A DNA stretch of 64,000 bases from Eledone cirrhosa (Eukaryota), in the NCBI GenBank assembly GCA_964016885.1, contig OZ024742.1, forward strand, positions 270,816,001 through 270,880,000. Reading direction: 5' to 3'. This document shows, one piece after another, positions 55,123-64,000 of this stretch (position 1 is the first letter of the stretch; every line of letters begins with the position of its first letter). The notes below the pieces were generated by a model. The model did no database searches. It saw only the letters and a program-made list of their open reading frames with translations, and had not been told where the DNA came from. The translations under genes and the position numbers were made by a program.

Positions 55123-55542
55123 TCCATAGTCAGTGTTGAATAAAAAGGCAACGATGGTTGCCGAACACTGTACGGCTACTAATTCGGGCTCTTTGTTTAC
55201 AAACAAACCGAACATAATAATAAATCTTCGGTAAACCCATACGTACATATATATATATATATGTGTCTGCATGCATGTATGTATATCCATACTAGTGTAC
55301 GTCTGTATACTTATATGTAGGTACGTATCCATACTTATATTTAAGTATCAGCCGTACTAAGAGTGAGAAATGAAATTTCATTTTTTTCCGTTTATATATA
55401 TATATAAATCAACTATTGGTGATAGCGTTTTCCAGACATAATTATTTGCTTTTTAGTCGATGAAATATATGTTAATGTAACCCTATTGTATCACTTAATA
55501 TAACCCTATTGTATCACTTATCCCTGTTAATCACCCTCTTAC

Positions 55543-55582
<40 letters not shown>

Positions 55583-55766
55583 TAAACGGAATAGAAAATG
55601 CTGACAAATTGTTCACAGTTGAAAAATGGTTTAATTAGGAATAAAAGAGTATTAGTGATTGTATAGGTTAGTATTCAGTTGTGGTTTTAAGTTTTTAAGT
55701 TTTTACCGGTTGCGCATTTCTAAATGCTTTTCAAAAATAATTTTGAGATAGAGTGTCCGTGCAGTG

Positions 55767-56716
55767 TCAATGAAGCTGTTGGTAGCAGCCAAGCCAACGA
55801 ATACAGTTTCGGTGTACAGCTAAGCTCTCAATGGAGAATATCACCCCAGAGTTATAACATTACGTTTAGACAGCTTTGCAAATCAAATACTGCGACCGAT
55901 AGACGGGCCGCAGAGACCATAGCGACGAAAAAGACTGAACTCAGGAAAAATGTTTGACTGACCTGGACCATCGCGTAGACATTACATGAAACAAATAATG
56001 TATACCATACAATATACATCACATACAACATACAACATCTCCGCTAGGTTTCTGTAAATCCGAAATCGACAAAATCCACTTGCAGGGTTCTGTAAGTTAA
56101 TGGCTTTTGACGACAGAATAAAGGAATTTACTTCGTCAACAAGTTTGTTCTTCTGTTCCTCATGGGTGTGCGTTCTAGCAGTAAGCACAGCAAAGGCACA
56201 TGGTTCTCCGAAAGGGAGGTAACCCCCATTTTTTCGGTCAATTCGAAATTTGGAACAAAGGAATAAAATTCCCTTACACAAACCGAATTAAGCACTCAAC
56301 TAGAAGTTATCAAACAAACATAAACAATTAATCAATCAATAGAATTGTATAATTAAATTAATCAATTAATCATTAATTTTATGAGTTAATAATACACATT
56401 TTAGAACAGCATCAACGAAGCTTTTGGTTGCAGCCAAGCTAACGAATGCAGTTTCGGTGTGCGGATAAGCACTCAATGGAGAATATTACCCCAGAGTTAT
56501 AACATTACGTTTAGACAGCTTTGCAAATCAAATAGAGCGACCGATAGACGGGCCGAAGAGACCATAGCGACGAAAAAGACTGAACTCAGGTAAAATGTTT
56601 GACTGACCTGGACCATCGCGTAGACATTACATGAATCACATAATGAATACCATACAATATACATCACATACAACATACAACATCTCCGCTAGGTTTCTGT
56701 AAATCCGAAATCGACA

Positions 56717-56723
<7 letters not shown>
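55767..56723. repeat. Highly similar ~310-bp direct repeat with 645-bp period
   Basis: 55767-56078 matches 56412-56723. The second copy ends at (TA)n. Confidence 0.85.
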
Positions 56724-56747
<24 letters not shown>

Positions 56748-57070
56748 TTTGAGTATATGTTGGTTGTTTACCCACACCTCAGTGTGCACATTGGAGCAAT
56801 CGACGAAGTACGCAGGTTGGCTGGTTTACTCAGGAGTAATGTAAAATATAATAAGTCAAATATGCAAAATTTGGCTTCCTTTATTATAAATTATAAATTT
56901 ACTGCTATATATATATAGCACTGACAGCTATTATTAGCAGTGACCTCTTCACGAAGTCCAAATTGGTGTGGAAAAGACTGGTTCACATGTTGTTGAAGTG
57001 TGTTTCACTCTGTCAATACATCGATATGTCCAGCTCCTGGGTGTGTTGTTAGTCCTCCGAGGAACTGGAA

Positions 57071-57465
57071 TGTTATGGGCTAGATCAAGCGAATTTCTGC
57101 GTCATAGGACACGCTCGTATCCAATTGGTCAGTTGTGAGATCACTTCTCAATGAAAAGTCTAAAGAAATTCTTCTGAGGCAGGTCAGCCTGTTATAGTTG
57201 TTTTTGTCAGAATGTTTAAGTACAGCTAACCTCCTTCACCGAGTTGGTAGTGGTAGTGGTATTAAGGTGTCAGCTAGAAGGTCAACTGTAGTATGCTGCT
57301 GCTATGGTCTGAGGAATGTATGTGTGTAGACTGGCATCTATCCTGCCACCATTTCAGGTGCTGGGGGATGCCAAACGAATAAAGAATGCGTGTGTGTTAT
57401 AAACAATATCAACACTTTTGAAAATTATAAACTTAAATAAAAAACCTGTGTGTCAGAATCGAGAT
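57071..57465 (+). mobile_element. Gypsy-like LTR, 5' part
   Basis: Starts TGTTATGG and overlaps in sequence (inverted) with 49935-50157. Confidence 0.6.
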
Positions 57466-57809
57466 GTATAAAGAATTACAATTCTTATTCTAGCATAGTG
57501 TGATTGTCCGTCAGCGCGCACCGTTGCGCGTACACACGTATAAACAGAGGCTCGGTGCATTCACCTATTTACGTCCACATACTCTAACAAAAAATGGGTG
57601 CGATTTAAAAACAACTGGGGTAAAAGCGGAGTGAAAAATACCAAAAAGCCTGTGTGTCAAAATCCAGAAGTGTAAAGGACTACAATTATTATTTCAGCAT
57701 AGAATACATATGCGTTTATGTTTGTCAACGCACATCGTTGCAAGCACACAAGCACAAACACAGGCTCAGGTGCATTCCCATATTACGTCTACACAATCAC
57801 ACACACGCA

Positions 57810-58440
57810 TGACTCATGCGTGCGAAGGGGGTCGGGTTCGAAGCAGGATATCCTCCGGGTATTCCGGTCACAAGTCGGGGTTGGGCGTTGGAGCCCGCTG
57901 GTCGGAAACTTAGGGCGCCGATTTCCACAGAGGATAGGACTCCACTGACGTACTTCGTCTATTTATATCATCTAGTGTCAGCTAATTTGAGTTCTGGTTA
58001 AGGAAGTGAGAGAGAGGGGTTGACCACAGCGTGTGAGGCATGGTTTAGCTGCTAGGAGTTGTGTTGCTATATGAGTCGATTGAGGCGGGAGTAGAGGTGG
58101 GGAGTATGTAGGGGTTGGTTTAACTTGGGCTCGGTGAGACGGGGCTGCTGTCCCTATAGCTTGAGAGAAGTTCCTATCCCAATGGGTTGTTATCCATATA
58201 GCTTGAGGAAGGTTCCGGCCCTGAAGTATCTACATATATCAAAGAAGTCGGTCCTAAGGTTGATTAGGCTGCTCCCACCTCTGAGTATCTCGAGGGTTTC
58301 GCTCAGACATAGGTTGCAGATGCCAGATACCCCTCTATCAGGTGGCACATTCCTGATTTGGGACCAGACAGAGAGTACAGGGTCCTGTCGAGCTTGAGCT
58401 TTCAGATCAATTCGAAAAGACCCGTACCTTTCCTTTTTCC
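57810..58440 (-). mobile_element. Penelope-like GIY-YIG C-terminal remnant plus pLTR
   Basis: Minus strand WSQIRNVPP..GICNLCLSETLEILRGGSSLINLRTDFFDICR. Degenerate HHR CACT-AGATGA..GAAGTACGTC-AGTG at ~57942-57980. Confidence 0.7.
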
Positions 58441-58649
58441 CTCCCTATTAAAGAAATGACGATAGTTATATCATTTGTCTTTGAAGCTCGTTGATGTGGC
58501 TCCTATGTAAACAAGACACCTAAACAAAACACCTACTCTAGTGATTAATTGCCTTAAATTATATAAGTTATCGTTGGTTGCCATAACCGCAACCTGCACA
58601 CTATTCCTTACACAGACACACATATATTTCAGTACGGATCCCCCCATCC

Positions 58650-58981
58650 CCACAATCTAAATGTTACTATATGCGTGGGTATGCCCGCACACATACATCC
58701 GCAGATATATATGCGTATGTAATATTTTATAGGTTCATCAAGTACCCACTACCCAAGGCAAATAAATGGAGGTGAACCAAACGTTTGTCTCCATATAATC
58801 TGGAATATGCTTGTGAGCGTCTGTGTGTGCGAGTAAACACTCAGCCATAGGTGTACATTTACATATCCAAGCAAAGATGTCTAGCAAGTATCACTAGCAA
58901 ATCAAATTAGCTACAAATGAACTAAAATCTAGTTATCAAAAATATAAAAAATATATATATATAAAGGATGTAAATAAAAAA

Positions 58982-59040
<59 letters not shown>

Positions 59041-59650
59041 CATATATATAAAATAAGGACAGAAATAAAACTGAAATCATTTGCAAGGAAGTAACTGTCT
59101 GAGATGCACTCAATAATATAATTGTCACAATGTCTCCAATGATTTTATCCTACCCTAGTCAGGTTCCATAATTTTATAGTAAAAGGAGTAAAGTGTTTTA
59201 GGTTGACAAGATGGAGTTAATTAATTTCTTGCATTTCGAATATCGAATTTGTATCTCAGTATTTCGAACGCCCCCGTTAAGCAATTATTACATTTAGATC
59301 TATTTACCGCATAAAACCTTGCTCTATTAATCAGATAATTCTTAGTATCATACCTAACCTTATCTTCTTTAAAATGCCTTATTAATTTTGCCAGCAGAGT
59401 TTTATTTTTCAGTTTCCTGTTTTTAAATAATTGAGTACGAGCGTAAAATATAGTTTTGAAATTATTGGCAGTAGCACCCGTATCTATATATAATATTTGC
59501 CTTAAAGCATTCAGCATCAAATGGGCAAATGGTTTGGTTTCTGCAATTACAAATCACAATAATGGGGCGATTATAATTGTTGCTAATAACCCTACTATTA
59601 TTTCTACCATCAAATGTATCTCTAATACAATTAGCCACGCATAAATGTTC
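58650..59650 (-). mobile_element. Penelope-like GIY-YIG remnant plus AT-rich tail
   Basis: CNCRNQTICPF..C, TGATANNFKT...NKTLLAKLI..K...KCNNCLTG.FEI...NARNE-like. Confidence 0.7.
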
Positions 59651-59859
59651 ATATTTTTAAGCATTTACCCTATTATTTAATTTAGGTTCATCCATTATTA
59701 TTATTATTATTATTACTGACCACATGTCTGAAGACGTTACAAGTCTGCGGGAGAAAAGGTTCATAATTTTAAGCTGTTTTAAAGTATCATTTTTGTATTT
59801 TCTTGTCGATAACGAAACATAGGGTACCCAGCTTGTTTCCAAGGAAGGGACACCTTACA

Positions 59860-62800
59860 ATATTCGGGCTTTAAGACCGAATATTCAGATATATTTTAAA
59901 AAAGAAATATAAGGATAATTTCGACCTTGAAACGGTAAACAACGTACAGGTCAAAATGTGTAAAATGGCCACTATAGCTCCCATCACGACGACTACTACT
60001 ACAACAAACATTTCTGTCGTCCACTTCACTGAATGTAAAAAGAAAACAAAAGAATTCACATCACAACCGCTCCCTACTGTGATAGTAGCAGTACCATCTC
60101 AAAAGACATCACCACCACAACACCAACAACAGGAACAACGAAGGCGCAACCTTTGCAGCGGCCGCAGCGAAAAAAAAGCGCTTCTTCAATATAGATATCA
60201 GCGATAAGGAACAACAGTTGGCCGAAGCGTGAGGTTAATTAAACGAGGGAAGTTCTGGGCCAACCTAACTATCCCTGACGACGCAATAACAGCCATGCAA
60301 AGGAGGACGGTGTACTTTCGGTGCATTTCGGTGCAGACACGCAAAGTGGAACTCGCCAGCCAAGCTGAAGTCGAGTCTGCTTTAAAGTGCATCGGAAGTG
60401 ACATCGAGTACAAAGCAAGGACCAAGCAGTTCGGTAGTGTTCAAAACCGAGGCCCTTGCTATTAAGCACTCTGTGATCCCTCCAGAACGGAACGCATTAT
60501 CATGCACCCGTCCTACATGGGCAAAAAGACAGTAAAGGTCCGCATTCCTAGGATCCCACCAGGAATGAACATATGATGGCTCCTGAGATGCGTAATCGAG
60601 GAGGGAACAGATACTACGCTCCTAGATATCTAGAGAAGACTGGTCCAAAATGGATTTGGAGATTCTTCTCCAAATGAAACCAGAGGACCTCAACAACATA
60701 CCGGATTTTGCTCGTCTGCAGTATGGGACAACAATCCAATTAATCACTGGGGAAAGAAGGTCGCACTGGGGGAAGCAACGCATCTTCAAGACTTCTGCCC
60801 TTAGCTCAAAAACGAGTTGGTCGCGAGGCTCCTTTGTTGCAAACGCCAGTGTCAGCACGGAAAGCTGCACCACCACCTCCAAAAACAACACCAACAATGA
60901 CACAGCTAACCCAACCAACATCAAAACAGCCGGACCACCACCAGCACCGAAACCAACTCAAGGGGCAAACGAGGAAATCTGTCATACTCCCTTTACCCCT
61001 CCAATTATATACATAGACAAAACAATGAATGTACACACAGACACAGATACACTCACAACCACAGAACCTTTGTCTTCCAGCAGTGAAGATGAAGGAACAT
61101 CCAAAAGTGCCAAAAAACAAAAGAAAACCTCACCTCAAAAAAGCCCCCACAAAACACCAAAATCATACACAACAAAAAATAGAGACACAACTAAAGCAAA
61201 TACTTCCCCCAATAACATCAACAGCAACATCAACATCAACACCACCCAACACAAACGACCTAAACAAATACAAGAAACACAAACTACCTAAACGAAACAC
61301 AAACGACCTAAAGAAATACAAGAACACAGGCACCTGGAATTGCAGTCATCACACCTACAACAATCACAGATATACCAGAAACAACACCACCGGAACCATC
61401 ACCACCACAGTCACCAAAACAAAAACAAATACAACCATACGAACAACACATGGAATACTTCGTGCTTGTCAGAAGGGCCAACGATAAATGTATGGCACTC
61501 TTAGCACGAACCGAGCACATTCAAACAGAGAGGGAGATCTTTTAATTGAGCACATTTTGCGTGCCGGAAGATTTTTTTCTGGCGCGAATGTCGCTCCATT
61601 CATACAAAGATATTCGAGAGAGCTTTCCTCAAGACGTGGGAACACCGAACGTGAAACCCACATCGAGACTTTTAAAAGGGTTCACAAAAGAAATCCTACC
61701 AACCATTCAGGTCGAACCACCCGACCGACAAGACCCCGGGTGGTAAGTGAACCTTCGCTCTCTCTTTTAGCCTGCCACACATGGCCATATTAAGAGTAGG
61801 AAGTTTAAATGTTCGTGGCCTGGGTTCACTCTGAAAGCAGGGTCGCCTGCCTTACGAACACAGGTCTCCGGGAATTGATGTGAATGCCGTCAGCGAGAAC
61901 ACTAACCCCCATTTTTGACGACTATCAGATCTTAGCATCTGTTAGCAGGTCGAGAAAGGGAGGTGGGGTAGTAGTACTGTTTAGGAAAGGCCTGGATCTC
62001 GGAGTAAGGTCGATCTTCCGGGACATGGACGGTAAGTTGGTGGTCCTGGATGTGAGCAATAGCGAAGGTGGTGCCTTTAGACTGCTGGCCGGGTACACCC
62101 CTACTGGAGTCGGACGACCAGACATATTTAGGCCCCTAGAATCCTTTCTGGCTACGTCTCGCCCTTTACTGTTAGCGGGTGACTGGAACGGCATCTTAGA
62201 CGCACGATGGGATTGTGTGGGAGTAGCTGGTGTGGACGGTGAAAAAGCCTAAAGCACCTAATCAGCCAATTCCAGGTGTCTTACAGATACCGACTAGATT
62301 TCCACAATGCGCCAGTGTGGACGTCGACCGCCGCATAGGGTCATCTAGATCGTATATAGATAGGATCTTCAATAGGAAAATTGATAGAAAAGTGTAGGCT
62401 GCCCATTTGCTTAAATGGTCGCCTATTCAGATCATAAATTTGTGATCTGAATAGTCGACCTAGATAATACGCGTAGGTTACGACCTGCTTATTGGAAGCT
62501 GAACAAGTCATTTCCGGCACGTAAGTCTTACAGGGACCGAGTCAACAATTTAGTTAAGCAAAAGTTGACACGGAGGATCTTCAATAACAGATGGTGGTGG
62601 TGGTGGTGTGTGTATGTGGGGGGGGGGGGCTTCTCAAAAGGCAGATATAGAGTAACTTCGATAGGGTTTAGCAAAGAAGTAGCGCTAGAGAAAAATAGAA
62701 AGTGGGGGAGCTGGTGATAAGTTAGACGAGGCTATTTATAATGGCATTACAATGGACGTACTAGCGGGGAGAATGGCGATAGACCATTTTTTCAATGCGA

Positions 62801-64000
62801 AACACGAAGGTTACATTGTCAGAGCTAAGGCATGTGCGCTGAAAGACGAGGGAACCAAAGCTGTTCGATGGGCCCGCGTAGCAAACGCGCTGCATGGTAA
62901 TAAAACCACAATTCGGTCTTTAGTGTACCGAGACGGACACCAGGTAAGCGATTCCAAGCAGAAGTGTGAGGCCATTCGCCTGCACTTTGCTCGGATGTTC
63001 GGCGAAAGTGGCGGGTCAGATACAATAGAGGACTACAGTCCCTACCTTGACGGCTTGCCGGGCATTTCGACGGTTGACGCGGAGAGCTGCGAAAGGACGA
63101 TTACTTCAGCCGAAATTCAGGATGCCCTTGTCGGCAGCATGAAGCGCAAATCACCAGGTTTGGATGTCCTGCCCTACAAGCTTTACGTAAATATGCCAGG
63201 CTTGTTCTCCGATCTCCTCGAATCACTCTACTGCAACTGGCAGGAGAATGGAAGTATTCCCAGTTCTGTGTGCGGGGGAGTCCTGACGCTGATAAGGAAA
63301 AACTAGAACAAGATGGATACATTAGACAACTTCACGCCCATAACTCTGCTCAACACAGAGTTTAAGATATTGGCCAAGGGTTAGCAAAGAGATTGGAGCT
63401 TGTGGTCGAGGATTTGGTTGGGGAGGCGCAAACTTGCGCAATCCCAGCATGGTCCATACACAATAACCTTCGCCACATGCGATACACCATTTAGTGGGTT
63501 GGGTGTAAACCTGGCTTCGGTGGGGCACTGATCAATTTATATCAATCAAAAGCCCATACCGTCCAACAGGGTCGTGGGGCGCTGGACGGACGGACGGGTA
63601 AAGTTGCTCGGGGTTTGGTTTGGACCAGACCTCCAGGTGGAAAAGAATTGGGACGAGGTAACGAGCAGAGTAGCCAGTCTCACCCAAAAATGGGCTGGGA
63701 GGAAGCTATCACTGAAAGGTCGCGCGGAGGTGGCGAATGCGTACATCGCGTCCGTCATCTACTACCGCCGTACCGTCGTGCCATGTCCCCGTCCGCGCCT
63801 TGTCAAGCTGGAACGGCTCCTCTTCAAATTCTTGTGGAGGGGACATGTTCCGTTGGTGAGGCGGTCCATCTGCTGCCAGCACCCTCTACGCGGAGGGCTG
63901 GGCACGCCGGGGATAATGATGCGCAGACATGCGTTGAGGCTGCGACATCTCCAGATATTCAGCCTCAACGGTGAACAGGTGTGGTCGCCGTTTATCAGAC
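59860..64000 (+). mobile_element. Tx1/L1-like LINE with 5' end, ORF1 and ORF2 (decayed, runs off the window)
   Basis: ORF1 remnants ~59956-61750 (PSYMGKKTVKVRI.., Thr/Pro/Asn-rich tail). ORF2 from ~61781: GSLNVRGL, GGGVVVLFR, LAGDWN, SDHK (APE); KSPGLD.LPY, RPITLLNTEFKIL, KLLGVWFG, LSLKGR. Confidence 0.92.

Larger units (their letters stand above)
52527..55392 (+). repeat. ~425-bp tandem array with one hammerhead per unit (non-LTR retrozyme / HHR satellite)
   Basis: Units start AGTATCAG at 52527, 52951, 53376, 54910 and 55344 (partial). CTGATGA core at 52702, 53130, 53554 and 55085. Confidence 0.85.

Noticed and set aside
52527-55392. CRISPR-like interpretation of the regularly spaced repeats
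   Set aside because: Whole units are homologous (no unique spacers), the context is eukaryotic, and there are no cas genes.

Overview
AT-rich, microsatellite-dense eukaryotic window, most likely from an octopod cephalopod (inferred from the tRNA-head SINE family and the long (TA)n/(CA)n tracts). There is one clear host coding exon, a GT31 beta-1,3-galactosyltransferase-like ORF (856-2022,+). The rest is mostly decayed mobile DNA: a near-complete ~6.1 kb Helitron, a second Helitron 3' end, a maT/DD37D-like Tc1/mariner, four Tx1-like LINE pieces, RTE-like and R4/Dong-like LINE pieces, Gypsy-like LTR fragments, SINEs, MITEs and several Penelope-like (GIY-YIG) remnants. The most notable signal is a dense set of type-I hammerhead ribozyme (HHR) motifs found by eye. 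These include a ~425-bp tandem array with one minimal HHR per unit (retrozyme-like, 52.5-55.4 kb), two divergent ~460-490-nt non-coding HHR units that share a three-hairpin module (12.2-13.2 and 40.6-41.3 kb), three unrelated HHRs with the compensatory U3-A8 core, and a pLTR HHR with a very large stem II. All folds and family calls are manual, and nothing was searched against databases.
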